Below, piece by piece: positions 14,701 through 28,400 of a stretch of DNA of 64,000 nt. How positions within the stretch are numbered: position 1 is the first letter of the stretch; each line of letters begins with the position of its first letter. The stretch lies in NCBI GenBank assembly GCA_051362555.1, contig CM120640.1:34119967-34183966 (forward strand). Reading direction: 5' to 3'. This DNA comes from Lingula anatina. Taxonomy: Eukaryota; Animalia; Brachiopoda. The notes under the pieces are model-generated. The model saw only the letters and a program-made list of their open reading frames with translations, was not told where the DNA came from and searched no databases. Both the position numbers and the translations under genes were made by a program.

Positions 14701-15689
14701 TGGATGTTGAACAAAACATGAGCCAAAGTATTTTTGTTAAATGCCCTTAGAATTAGTAAGCAAAGAGGATGTTAAGATTTTACAGTCAACTCATGCTGAC
14801 ACATAAGGTTGACATTAAAAAAAAAATAAAATAAAATAAAATAAAAAATAAATAAATAAATAAAGTACTTATGCAAAATAAAAAAAATAAATAAATAATT
14901 GCACAAAGAATTTAAATACAGCAAAGGAGCCAGATACAGTGCATCATGTATAATGTATAGTGTTTAAGTATAAAAAACTCCTGACCTTAATTTTAGATAA
15001 TTTTTTTCGAAATTCATGGGAAATATTCCTTATATCCCACCCTTTTTGAGTAAGAATGAATCAAATTAACTTGCGCACTATGAACTGGGTACATGTCAGG
15101 TAATATAACTATCATCAATATCTGATATACAGTATATATACTGGTATGGAAAAAGTAGTTGTGGGTGGAATGGGGTCGGACTGGGGGGGGGGCAAATGGG
15201 TGTGTGCCCCATCCACATGCAATTAAAACAAAAATATAGGAAATTAATATGTTAACATGCTGAACAAGAGGAATGGTGTCATTTTATCTCATTTAAATTT
15301 ATCTCACTCCCTCACCCTTCTACCGCCCCACCCCTCGCCAACAAAATTCCTAATCCGTACGTGTGATGTGTCTAACAAACATTTTAATAGTATTTGAAAA
15401 AAGAATACCACATTCAACATAAATTTTAAGTTTTAATCTAGGCAAAAAATAAGTGAGGGAAAGCGTCCCCCGTTGACAACATAAACTTTTCATATAACAC
15501 AACTTCAGGAGACCTGCCCCCGCACCGGCGAGCTTTCCAAAGTACGAGAGTACATTCTTTCCTAACTTTCATTAACTTTGCAACAAGAAAGAACTTACCT
15601 TGAAATTCTATATTGACATATGGATCACTCTTTCCAAAAGTCTCTTTTGGCACATTTGATGCACTTATTACGTTAACCTCGAGCGACAT
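431..15689 (-). CDS. Ferlin family protein (myoferlin/dysferlin-like), 5' part only (C2A, linker, C2B, FerI, C2C); continues beyond the left edge
   Basis: Phase-consistent exons: 15599-15689, 12862-12917, 11735-11826, 10919-11021, 6958-7033, 6180-6376, 4738-4932, 4544-4594, 4108-4254, 3815-3858, 3503-3585, 3196-3299, 2948-3016, 1916-1959, 431-507. Ferlin motifs: FGKSDPYV, NPVWNQ, VKDWEKIGRNR, LSNKPQDFQVRIRV, KWLLLTDPED..GYLKMSIVVLGPGD, NLLRPAGV, ELVDPYVIFSFAGK, FPSMCERVKLQVMDWDR. The subtype cannot be fixed because the DysF region lies outside the window. Confidence 0.93.
6451..6624. repeat. Perfect 52-bp inverted repeat plus a third, diverged copy (ferlin intron)
   Basis: Arms 6508-6559 and 6573-6624 are reverse complements with a 13-nt spacer; 6451-6507 is a degenerate forward copy. 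Confidence 0.9.
11636..11724. repeat. (CA)n microsatellite
   Basis: Uninterrupted CA run about 10 nt into the intron after ferlin exon 3; it produces the spurious CV/HT ORFs. Confidence 0.98.
13253..13465. mobile_element. Non-autonomous hAT-like MITE
   Basis: Imperfect TIRs acgggtttttccca / tgggaaaagcccgc; 8-bp direct repeat TTGTCAAT at 13245-13252 and 13466-13473; internal repeated GGACA/TGTCC motifs. Confidence 0.75.
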
Positions 15690-16460
15690 TTTGCTGAATG
15701 CTTCGCTCAAAAGTTAACACCCATCCCACTCTCACTGCTCACTCTTCTCACACTGTTTATCCAGCTGGCAGCTCTAAACACGCGCAGAAAGACATAATTA
15801 CGAAGAGCTGTTATTATTACACTTTAATGCCAGGTATTTGTAAAACAAACTGACTTATTATAGTTTATTAGTTAAAAATATTCTTTTTACTTTGGATGAA
15901 TATCAGAAATCTATATATTCTGTCCTTATGCTGAGTTTTCTTTTTTGGAAGTTTTAACGGTGCCCCATGCGTTTGACATGCTGCTAAGGAGACTCGAAAG
16001 GGAACGGGAATAATAAATACTCACGCAGAAAAATAATATAATTTGAAATCAAAAGTTTAGCTGTGACTTCTCTAAGCAAAAATTATATAATAAATTACTA
16101 ATAAATATTGAATAACAGAGAAAATGGTCGAATTGCAGATTAAATGCTTGCAATTTAATTGCTTAACAGTAACAAACGTCCCTTCGAGACCCTTTCGTGT
16201 CGCCGTCCATGTTGGATACGGATTTACGTGGCATTCTGCTGCAGGAGAAGAGACAGTTGTTGGTGGTGTTAGGGACGGGTGCTAAGTTGCTTTTCTTAAT
16301 CTTAGGATCAAAACACCATAAAGGAACATAAACAGACAGTTTGCGTTTCAGACAAGGGCTTACAACCATTATAGATAAGTCCAAGAAGTCTAACCGGCTA
16401 GTTTAGTGCAACGTCGACATACTCAGTACAGTCTTGCAGACGAAAGTTCGATACCACAAG
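15690..16460. promoter_or_regulatory. Divergent promoter region, ferlin / TMED9-like
   Basis: 771 bp between opposed ATGs; locally richer in CpG than the introns; weak UPRE/XBP1-like TTACGTGGC at 16224-16232. Confidence 0.6.
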
Positions 16461-18287
16461 ATGATTTCAATAAGACATTTGTATAGTTTCTTTTTGCAAC
16501 TGTTAATGTTGCAACTTGTTGTTGGACTTTATTTCCACATCGGAGAAACGGAGAAGAAATGTTTTATTGAAGAAATCCCAGATGAAACTATGGTTGTAGG
16601 TGAGTTTAAAGTCTAAACGTTGTAATCTTTTCATAATTTTAATTAAAATAGTAAACAGGCTGTTGCATTATGTTTAAAAGTTATGGACAAGACTTTTTGA
16701 TATCATAAATGAAGTCGTAATTGCATCTGGTGATTTACAGATATTTGAATTTGCTGTAGTATAAATATCCCCCCTCTGTTAAAGCACTTGCCAAATTAAC
16801 TAGGACCAGCCCAATAGGACCAGCCATATGGCTAGTGTGGAACACAGCTGATGTCCTTCATTAACACTTTTTTTAATTGAAATTATCTTTGAAGTGGAAT
16901 TTTTGTTTAGTAGAATTTTAATACGTTTGATGTAAGAAAGCATATCACATATGTTTTGCTTGTATATATGTTACATCCATTTTCCCAGGCAATTACAAAG
17001 TAGAAATCTTTGATAGAAGTCAAAATGCCTTCCTTCCAACTGGAGGTGGTTTAGGCATGCATGTTGAGGTGAAAGACCCAGATGAAAAGGTTATTCTGTC
17101 CAGGGTAAGATTCAGTTGTTTTTTTTTGTTTTTAAATTTTCAAAATATTTTTAAACAATGGGTATTTTAAACTAATTATCATTTTGAAAGTAAGCATGAA
17201 GTTTAACTGTACAATTACATAAAGATTTTGGGTAATTTAGGTATAAATAACTTGTAAACCAGCTTTAAATACACATTTCCCCCGTCATTTTAGACATATG
17301 CTTCCGATGGCCGCTACACATTCACATCTCACACAGCAGGAGAACACACCATTTGTCTGCATTCTAATTCATCTGCCTGGTTTGGAGGTGGCCAGCTGGT
17401 AAGAATTTGAATTGCAAACTTATTAGTAGTAATTGATATGCTTTTGGCAATTTTGCTGACGATTTTGGTATATCAAATATTCTTTAAGAGTGAATGCAGT
17501 TGAGTAATCTTTTTCAAAAGCCTCTTGGTGATGTCATAATTAGAAGTTCAGATTGTGGAGTAAGAATTGAGAAAGCAAAGTTGATGGTTAAAAGTTATAC
17601 TCAAGTAATGATGAAATAAGATCTAGTTTGGAATCTGATGGATATGACGAAGTAAGCTCTAGTTCGTAATCTGATGGATACTCCTTTCAAATTTCAGAGA
17701 GTTCACTTAGACATTCAAGTAGGAGAGCATGCTAACGACTACCCTCAGATAGCTACCAAGGACAAACTTACTGAACTTCAGCTCCGTGTAAGACAGTTGC
17801 TGGACCAGGTAGAACAGATTACAAAGGAGCAGAATTATCAAAGGGTATGTAGGAGTCAGTTCGGGAGGGCAGAATACTACATTTAATGCTAGATTTTAAG
17901 AATTAACTATTGATTGACACTGCTGTTATTGTTTAATGTATTGTTTAATCAGAGTTGGAGGATTTTTTACAAAGACAATTGTGATTGATGATTGGGTATT
18001 ATCCTCAAGAGTCTTTAGCTCCATTAAATTGGTGCTGCAACACAAATTTCAAAATATTTATCACATTTTATATGTAAGTTGCTGGACCAGGACCATTTTA
18101 AACATAACTGTATTTCTTAAATATTTTTTTTTTTCAGTATCGTGAAGAACGCTTCAGACAGACCAGTGAAAGCACAAATCAGAGAGTTCTTTGGTGGTCA
18201 ATTGCTCAAACCTTGGTATTGCTTGTAACTGGATTTTGGCAAATGAGACATCTAAAAGGATTTTTTGAGGCTAAGAAGTTGGTGTAA
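16461..18287 (+). CDS. TMED9: p24-alpha (emp24/gp25L) ER-Golgi cargo receptor, TMED9/TMED4-like
   Basis: Exons 16461-16599, 16989-17104, 17294-17398, 17698-17844, 18138-18287. Signal peptide, then [95 protein letters not shown], a TM segment and the dilysine tail [14 protein letters not shown] at 18531 and 18722. Confidence 0.95.
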
Positions 18288-19185
18288 ATGTGTATATTAT
18301 AAATTTCCAGGTATTAAAAAAGTTAGACATAGTGTCAGAGGAAAAAATTAAAAACAAGAAAAAAAGGAACAGGAATTGTATTACTATGCACATAAACTGT
18401 TCTCATGAATTTCATGTACAAATTGTGAGCCAAGTGAGTACTTCTTTTTTTCCACAAATGTAACTATAACAATTTGGAGAATTAAAATAACAGCCCTTTG
18501 TATTATTAGCATAATTTTTTTTTTATTTCAAATAAAGTCCATATATCAAAACATACAAAAAGTGGAATGTTTTTTTTTATGGGAGTGGTTGTGACTTATC
18601 AGAGATAATAATTAAAAAAAAAGTTTTTATAAATATTTCATGCTTCCTGTACTATTACAATGATGTAAATATTCTTCAAAATTTGTACATCCAAATACCT
18701 AATGTAATCCTGTCTCTCAGCAATAAAACTTTTAATTAATTGTCAGATTGTCTCATGGTGTTTTCTTTGAAAACGCACAAATTTGATTTAAAAGATTCTG
18801 GAGTATTCGTATAAAAGCACTTTAAAATATCCTCACATGTACATGTAGTATAACATGTACATAAAGTATATCACAGTTATTTTGCTCTATGTGTAAATAA
18901 CTCCACAACAAAAAAAAGAAAGGACGGAGAACATTTAACATCATAGTTTACGATGAACAAGGTATCACGAGGTGGCACAATGGTCTAATTGCTATAAATG
19001 ATAAATGGTAATACTGTACTACAGACTGCTCAACAGAAACAGTTTCAAAAATCCATTATCATGGTAATGGATTCGTGGTAACAACAATGCTATCCCTTCA
19101 TGCCTTTATAATACATTCCAACTGTGGTAGCTTTGGAAGCCATTAAGTGGAGATAATTGGGGAGTTGTTAAACAGAGGGGTTTGA

Positions 19186-19409
19186 GGCTCCATTCACATG
19201 ACAAGTCTATTTTCTAAAAATCTATTTTCTATTCCCGGTATCTTGTGATCACAGTCTGTGCCCTGAATACCCCGCGGCGTAATTACTGGCAGCGCAAGCC
19301 AGTTACTTCCAAAGCTGTAATTAATTTTCGGCTGCGCTCGGAGTGATCACAAGATACCACGAATAGAAAATAGATTTTTAGAAAATAGATTTTTCATGTG
19401 AACAGAGTC
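19186..19409. mobile_element. Foldback MITE, probably PIF/Harbinger-type, in the EVC-like 3' UTR
   Basis: Near-perfect inverted arms of about 65-70 bp (ggctccattcacatg..ctattttctaaaaatctattttctattc..gtatcttgtgatcac and its reverse complement); flanks TGA / TTA fit a degenerate 3-bp TWA target duplication. Confidence 0.75.
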
Positions 19410-19430
19410 TTAGTCTATGTGTCTGCCTGC

Positions 19431-22400
19431 CTATCTGGTTTCATCTTCTATGCCTAGTTGAGTTTTAGCTTTCTTTGCTCCTAACCGCAGTTCCTTAGCT
19501 AGAGCAGACTTTTGTTTTTCGCTTGCTCCAGCATCTGAAAGATAAGGCATTCATATCAGCAGCTGTCTTTTAGAGCAAGTACTTAGGTTAATAATAAATA
19601 TTTATTAATATATTAATACATACTTAATAATAAATAACTTATACATCATAAATAAATTTCTGTCCAAACCTCTTGAAATAAACATGTTAGATAAAAGTAT
19701 GCAAAGATATGAATACAATTAGCTACCAAATAAACATTTTAATTGTGAGTTAGAATTGAAACCACACCAATTAACCATCCAGGCATTTAAATAAATGTTG
19801 ATATAGTGCTGGGTTTGTGGCATGATGGCTGTCTGAATGTCCAAGCTGATTTATGAGGTCAATTAGGTTTTTATTTCTAAATATTAATTTCAGTTAAGTC
19901 AGTTATAATAGCTATTTGTTGTTTATCCTTACCTGACATGGCCATCTCCACGAGATCATTGATCTCATCCCTAGACAAATTACTAGCTGCAGCTATCTGG
20001 TGAAGTAACTGCTTTCTCTGCTCCTGTAACAGTAAAATATGTTGTTTGTAAGCAAAGAAAATGTTTTAGCCAAAATACTTATGGGATGTGCCATTCCTTT
20101 TATCTGAATGCCACCTTATTTTATGAGTGAAATAAAATTTGTGTATAATGTACAGTTGTTCAGGATAACAACAAATAAGGAAAAATAAGTGAAAATGAAA
20201 GATCGGCCCTCTAGAGTAGAGTAGAGTATATCTGATAAAACCTACAACTTCATCACTTGCAGTTTTCTGTATTACTTTTAAATGTTTAATTTGGTTGTAC
20301 TAAATATTAAAGTCCTTATATAATGAACAGCACAATGTTTAAAGATGATGTATTATGATATTCTGTTGGTACACATTCAATGTCTCCAAATGTGTTGTTT
20401 TACCTCTAGTTGATTTTTAAGTTCCTGTTCCAATTCTTCATTAATTTGCTGCTGCTGTTTCTCTAGGTCTTGCTGGAGTTCTTGTTCAAGTTTGGCCTTG
20501 GCTTGTTTGTGTTTCTGATCTATCATCATCTGTGTTAATATTGCAGTTGCTTTTCTGCAATAAAAACAAAACAATCATATATCATTTGTTGTTTTCATGG
20601 CAAAGGATTTTAAAGGTACAAAACCTGATATATTCAGATTTTTGTTTGAAGTTGAGAACTGATTATATCTTTGGGAGTATTTGTTGGAGAAGATACATCA
20701 ATGCCAAAAAATCTGTAATAAAAACTGATTTGGACATATTGAGTACATATCCTACTTATTATAAATACATATGACACATCTTACCCTGCTCCTCTCTTTT
20801 GAATCTCTGTCAACTCTTTCTGAACCTCTTTGTCTACTTCTTCTTCTACTTCCCTGTAAAAAGAAAAGAACAGATAAATGCATATTACTCACCACCATTG
20901 CTGTCATAAAAAGCACTCAATTTATTGAAAAAAAGTTATCTGCAGGTTTTAAACATGAGATTTATGATATAAAAACTGGTACTAGATGACAGATTCAATT
21001 TGCTATCTGTGATCAGAGACTTTCCATAGCTTGTCATTCATTTTCATACATTTGCTGCCTTGGTTCATTAAGAGTGTGGTAGTTTGCCAAACAGAAAATC
21101 TAGTTAATCTAGTTGCCGTGTGGCAACATAAACAAATAGTGATGCACAATAAAAAGCACATAAAACCTTTTTTTTTTTGACTTTATTTTTTTCATAAAAT
21201 TTCACTATTATGTACATATTGCCATTTTTTGTGCTACATTCACTTACAATAAACATGCTACTTTTCTTTGTCAAAAGTACTGCTGTTTGATTGTATAAAG
21301 TAATTGTATTTGTCTGATTTTGCAGTAGCACTTACGTCTCTCTCTTCAGTCTTTTGGCCTCCAGTCTTTCTCGAAGCTTCTGCTCCATTCTTTTCTTATC
21401 AGCAGACACTTGCTCTTGCAGCTGTTGGACATTCTTATAGTGAGACTGGAGAATGGTATCCACCCCATCTGAAGCTTTTCCTCCTGTGGCAATTTTCTTG
21501 GCAAGTTGTTCCTGATAACATAAAAAAAATGACATCATGTCAAAATTTACCTCATGTAAACATTCAAGTTTAATGTTCCATAAGTACAAACATATGATTA
21601 ATAAGTGTTAGTTGATTTTGTTCTTTTTTGAAAAATTTATGGAAAGCTTTCTTGGAGGTTCATTTCTATGCCTGTCTGCCAGCATTACAGTTTATTACTT
21701 AAATATTTGCATCAAAATGTTTCTTAAGATCTTCTTTTTGAAAGGAAAAACTAAGACATACAATGAACACAGTCTGTGCAAGTAAATTCTTGAACTCATT
21801 GTATATCTGGCCTATAGCAACAATGTCTTTAAATGTTCAAGTGAATTTTGGGAAAAGAAATAGAGCCCATTCTTCATTACCTCCAGCTCTTGAATAGTCT
21901 GATCCTGCTTTTCAATTATGGCTTTTCTTCTAGCCTGTCCGACCTACAAGTGGAAAATATCATTCAATTACGTAACTGATTTTTGAGCACTGAAAAGGAT
22001 AGTTATTATATATATAAACTAACCCATTCTTATCGTAAATCAGTGCTGAATTAACTATAACAGGTGATTTTATAATTAGTTCTCTCTTCATCAAGAAACA
22101 GTGTGAACAAGCATCATCTGACTGTCAATCAGATTAGATGACCAACTTATGTTTCCAGTCACCATGAACAAATCTATAAGTACCAATTCCAATAAAATAC
22201 CTGTAGTCTTCCTATAGTTTTACTAAGATGATCTGCTTGAAGTTTCAAAGCAGCCTCTAACTCCTGATCTCTCTGTTTCTTTAAATCATCCAATGCTTTT
22301 TGTTCTTCTTCTTTAATCCTCTGTTCCTCTGCAGCTATTTGTTTATCCTATAATGAACATAAAATATTTATTTTTACCTCCATTCTGAGTAGTAAGAATT

Positions 22401-25400
22401 TCATTAGTGAGATCAATGACAAAACACAGTATATAGGTGAACTGATATTTGGCCAAAAAAAACAGTGCTACCTAAATATACGTATACATTAAAAAATACA
22501 TTTTCTATCCAAATTTATACAATGTTAAGGAGATACAACTGTTATACATACCAACTCATCTTGTATCTTCTGCTTCTCATCTGCACGCATATTTTGTTTT
22601 TTCTCCTTCATTTCTGCCAGTTTAGCCTTTCTTTGACTCATTTTCTGCTCCAATCTATGAGAAAAATTCCAAAGTGTATTAGATCATACCTACAATTAAG
22701 CCTTGTCAATGGGAATTACAGCAATGTTAATACAGAACTAATTTGCCTTGATGAGAAAATTAAGACCAAACTGATAACAAATTTTCAATTTTAAGTTTCA
22801 TTTACAGCTATTCGAGGTGAAAGGATGCATCTTATTTTGATTTCTCATATATATATCTTACATTTCAAATAAATGCAGATGAAATTCACTGTGTAAAACT
22901 CACTGTTTCTGTTGTCTTAGTCGACTAAGTTGCTGCTGACTACTAAGTGTCTGGACATTCTTTTTGTGTTCTTTCATTATTCTATCCTTTTCCCTGAAAG
23001 AAAAATTGTGTGAATTAGATAATCATGCTTTTCTCAAACCCGATATTTTTTTTACCATTTGTTAAAAATCACCTTAAGAATTTGATGTCTTACACATCAT
23101 TCAGTTGTCACTGAAGTTTCTAAATAATAGTACAAACTTCAGAGAAATTAATCATGAATCTCTCTGAATGAAAAAAAAAATATACCACTCGGGTCAATTT
23201 CACATTTTCTTCAGCATACAAATCAAATCTTACTCTTCGCTGAGATCCATCTGTGTTTCCAAAACTTGGTTAATCATCTTTTCTTGGTGCTCTTCCAGAG
23301 CCTGCTGCTCTGCTGCTGCTTTCTGCTGGTTTTCCTCTGCTTTCTGAAAAAGTAAAGAAATGACAGAATGAGTCTCATTAAGAACTTCTAATTTGGTATT
23401 TGAATCGCAGTGACAGTGGTTTTCAGGTGTTTAGCTATTAATGACATGTTAAATAATTGATTTTTGTCTATATTTTTGAAGACAATAGTGCTGATTGATT
23501 ATATTGATTGATTGATTTTATGAGATAAATCAAATATGATGAAAAATTATATTTTTCCTTTAGAAAAATAATCTTGCATTGTCTCTTAAGCATTTTGCAC
23601 CTATGTTTTTTATTGATGTTATTAAGAAACTGAAACTTACCTGCTTTCTCTGTGCCAGCTTTTCTTGGAGTTTTGCATTTGCTTTATTCTTTTCTTCAGC
23701 TCTCTCTCCTTTTTATAAAATATGAAAAAATATACCATTTAGTAACAAAATATTAACATGAATATTGCAGTAGTATTTACAATGACAGTTTATGATGTTT
23801 TGGTGCTGACTGTATCAACCAGTTGATAAAAATGTACATGGTTAAATGAACCCTTTGCTATTTAAAAATCCAATAAATTCTAAAGTTAACTGAACTTTTA
23901 CATTGTTTTTAATGATACATATTGCTACCTATTTATGTTGCTGTTCTAGCTGCCATATTATTGTAGATAGCATTATTTCATTGTCAAATTGTTGTATGAC
24001 ATACTGTTGCTGACTGTATCAACCAGTTGATAAAAATGTACATGGTTAAATGAACCCTTTGCTATTTAAAAATCCAATAAATTCTAAAGTTAACTGAACT
24101 TTTACATTGTTTTTAATGATACATATTGCTACCTATTTATGTTGCTGTTCTAGCTGCCATATTATTGTAGATAGCATTATTTCATTGTCAAACATTGTAT
24201 GACATACTATGTAAAAAACTTTTTAGTTTATTTTTAGTTTATTTCTAATGCGAGTGTATCTCATTATAACAACTGAAACTTACTGTTCATGTGTTCCATC
24301 TGCTGCTGGTGAAGTCTAAGAACTTTCTTCACATCTGCTTCTGACAATTCTGCTTTTGTTTCTAAACGTTCCATGAAATTTTCTTTTTCCTTTTCCAATT
24401 TCTCATTTATTCTTTCCTGTAAGTTCTGAAAAAAAGCACACAAGTATATTCTGCTGTGATAAGTACAAGTAGAACACTGCTGTGTTCTGTGTTCATCATG
24501 ATATCTTTTTATAATACAAATGAACAGACTATATCTAATCCCAAAATAAACTTTCAGATATCAACTTAGTGTCTGTGCGTGTATGTGCGTATTTTGTGCA
24601 TATACAACACTTAAATGGCACTAAATATGTATTCACAACCAATAATGGGTTTAATAGTAACCATACCACTTCTTCCGTTTCCATCTCTTCTACCTCCTGT
24701 TTGTCCAACTCTTCTGCTAACATTTCTCTATCCATATGCTGCTTCTCAACCATTTCGGCATAGGCCTGAAGTAGAAAATTATATAAATACATATATATTA
24801 TCTGCTATGGTTGTTAAATGCTATTATCTATTTTTGCATATTTTAATCATTCTAATTTAAAAATAAATTATTCGGTTTTCTAAACAAAGAAGTTTCTACA
24901 TTTTCTCCTTTTGACACATTTTCTACTATGTTAAAACTGTGTCAACCTGCTAAAATTCTGGTTTTCTTCAAATTTTATTTGCCTCGAAAAATGAAAATTG
25001 TTCCTACATTAAAATGTTTTGATGTGCAAATAATATATAGGAAAATACTCACATTTATAAATGGAACTGCCTTATGTGAATTTCCAGCTTTCTTCAAGAA
25101 CTCTTCTTTTTCCTGTGCCTGCTGTTTGTGTAATTCATTCATTTTCTCTTCTCTCAGTTTTCTTAACCTTTCAGCAAGCTTCTGTTCATTTTGTACAACC
25201 TCTGTAACCAGAAAATGTTTGAGTATAAATTTTACTTAATTCAATGTGAATTAAATTTAACTAGAAAAAAGAACCAAAGATTCTCTCTGAATGCTGGCGT
25301 GCACATAATTCCTGATTCAGTTGATGATGACCAGTTGGTGCTAATATCAAACTAAGATCATAATCATTGTGTTTTGTTTGGGGAAAAAGAGCTTCTCCCC

Positions 25401-28400
25401 TACCTTTATTTTTTTCACATCTCAAACTACCAATGAAAAAAATTACTAACACACATCTTCATATCTTTCAAAATAATGTAATGACCAAAATATGTAATAC
25501 CTGTTTGATATTCTGTTTGAGCTTTCTCTAAATTTTCCAGGTATTCTTTCATAAGCTCATCTTTCTGCCTTTCAATCAATTGACCATTTTCAACCATATT
25601 GGTCAAAGTGGCATCAAATGATTCTACTTGAGTTTTAATGTCATCAGTCTTTTCTGCTTTTTTCTCTAAAAGTCTTGCTGCATTTTCTCTTCTCCTTGCC
25701 ATTCTGTCTTCAAGGTACTGTAAATTTATCAAACATTTTTAAAACAAATGCCAAAAATTACACATAAACTTTATTTTGAGATGTCTTTTAGAAGCCAATG
25801 ATAATAAATAAATAAATAAATAAGGAGCATATTAAAAACAAAGCAAGACAAAAACAAACAAACAAAAAACATACAGCAATAACCATATAGTCCTGATTCT
25901 CTCCGTTCTGTTTTACTGAAATTATTTGCACATTAACTAGTTAACTGAAAATATGACTGCATGGTTGTATCATTTACATATAGTTTTGTATTTAACACCA
26001 GAAATGGTAACTCACTAGTGCTTGTCTGGCTTGTTCCTCCTTGAATTTCTCTTCAGCTCTTGTGACATCCTCAGTAAGTTTTGTTAAAATGGCCTCTACC
26101 TAAACTCCAAAAGATATTTGTTTAATAAACACTCCTAAAAAACATTCAAAATTAACATCACTAAACATTTTAACAACTATCTCCTAATACAAAATATTCA
26201 ATAACTTTTAAAATTAAACAGGAAATACAGTGAACTTACATTTTTATTACATGAAGTATGATATACATTTATCTTGTATATTTTGTGCCAGGTGAATCTG
26301 GTTAAAATGTACAGATCTGATAAGCAATACAGTGATTAACAAAATTATTATATTTCTGAAACAAATATTTGGTATATTAAATTTTAAAAATGGCTTACAT
26401 CATCTTCCTTCAGTTCAGGGAGTTTTCTCAATTCTTCTCTCACTTTCTCCTCTTCTTTGTTGATGTATGAAAGCTAAGAGAAATCAATACTATTTAATTA
26501 AAACAAATATCTTATATTATATTTGAAGTGCCATTTAACACATCAACTTTACAAAAAAAAAAACAAAAAAACAAAAAAAAAAAAAAAACAAGATACAAAT
26601 TTATTTGAAAATACTACATAGTGTGTGGCATAAGCTGTACAAAAATATTAACAATTTAAAGAATGTTTAAGTTTTCTGAATAAATGTTTACCATCTTTTG
26701 TAGCATCTTGGGGTGAAGAGCATCTATTTGCTGATTCAGTTCTTCTGGTTTGTCTGCCAGTTTGGGATCTGCTCTCAATTTCTGGAATATAATATCATTT
26801 AAATTAAAAAATATATGCAATGTTAAAGCTGTATATCTGAATCATTTTCCAGATAATCAGAAGACAATGTTAAATTAACAATCTACGCTGTTGATATTAT
26901 AAATATTTAAAAACATGATAAAAAACCCTTGGAATTTTCTGTACATTCCACCACAAACTGTCTTGCAAGGCTTACCTTTTCCTCCTCTTTTACTTCCTGC
27001 AGACTGATTTCCATTGCCTGCATTAAATCAGTTTGCACCATCAGAATCAAAGTCGGAACAGTTTCTGCAGCCACCCTTCCAGCTGTGACCAGCTGATTCA
27101 GAAGAATTTGCAGCAGGTACGCAAAACTCTGAAACGAAAATTAACAACAAAATTAACAGAGAGAAAGAGATTTATTGTAGCCAACAGTTCATCTTACAAA
27201 TTATAATGTGTAAAATGTGAAAGGATTAATATCAATCAAACAAATAATTTTTCATCAACAAGAAGTCATAAAATTGAGTAACTGGACATTTTTCTTATCA
27301 GTTTTCAAGGTCATGCAAGGTTGTAATAATTTATCACAACATTATTATTTTCCATATAAGTAAGATCAGTTTTCATACGCACCACCCCTTTTTGTGAAAT
27401 TGATAGTGATAAGGCACAATTATCAAATATGGTAAATTTGGTTCATAGGCTAAAATGGACATTTTTCTCTTAACAACTTTTGTCAATTCATCATGTATTT
27501 GGTGAGAGACCCATTTTATGGTTTGAGAACAAGTATGCCAACAAGACCCCCATAAAATGATACTTACATTTGCCCTCTGCTGGATCATCTCATTTTCCAT
27601 ACTTAAGATAGCTGCCAGGTCTTGTTCACCAAGTTTCACTTCTGCTGCTTCACTATATATCAATAAATCATGCATTACAAAGCCATCAAATTTACTGAAT
27701 TTTTTATGTGTTCAGGAAAAAGTTTGATTTTGAAATTCTGTTTAAATTGACATACAGTACAACAAACTACCAGTGAGTATGCCGGAAGACAAACTAAGTC
27801 ATAAAAGGTTACATATTCTTTTGATATATATATTTAAATTTACTTTTCAGTAATAAAACCTACATGTATGAAGAATAAGAACATTTACAATTGTTAACAA
27901 CATAAAGTACATTAAACACTTTCACTTAAACTTTCCACAGCGTGAGAACAATTTTTAAAATTTGAAAATGTTTTGAAATCACAACAAATACCTATTGGAT
28001 TGGACCAAGGCTTCAGTCATTCCTTTATCACTAGCTTGTGCGTAGGGGTCAACAACTTCATACGTAACCACTTCAATAACTTCTTCTTCATCATCTTCTT
28101 CTTGTGGAGCTGCTGAGAATGTGTTATCATACTGCAATAACATCTGTCTTTCCTTTGCATCTTGTTGCTGAAAGATATGAATGATGACGGCTGACATGCT
28201 GTGTTTATATTTGATGACATGTAATGACATTATTCCTAGCAGGGAGATATTACAGCCAGATCTCAAGTAGTACTTGTCACAATACAAAATAGCTGGTGTG
28301 ATGTGGTGGGCACCTGTGCAGTAACATGTAATTCTTGAGCTTACATTTTAATCTTATTTATTCATTTTTTTCATTTACTAGTATTAATCTTTGTACTATA

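Noticed and set aside
15130-15365. G-rich and C-rich tracts in ferlin intron 1 (possible G-quadruplex or MITE)
   Set aside because: Probably a decayed common repeat; termini unresolved and no functional evidence.
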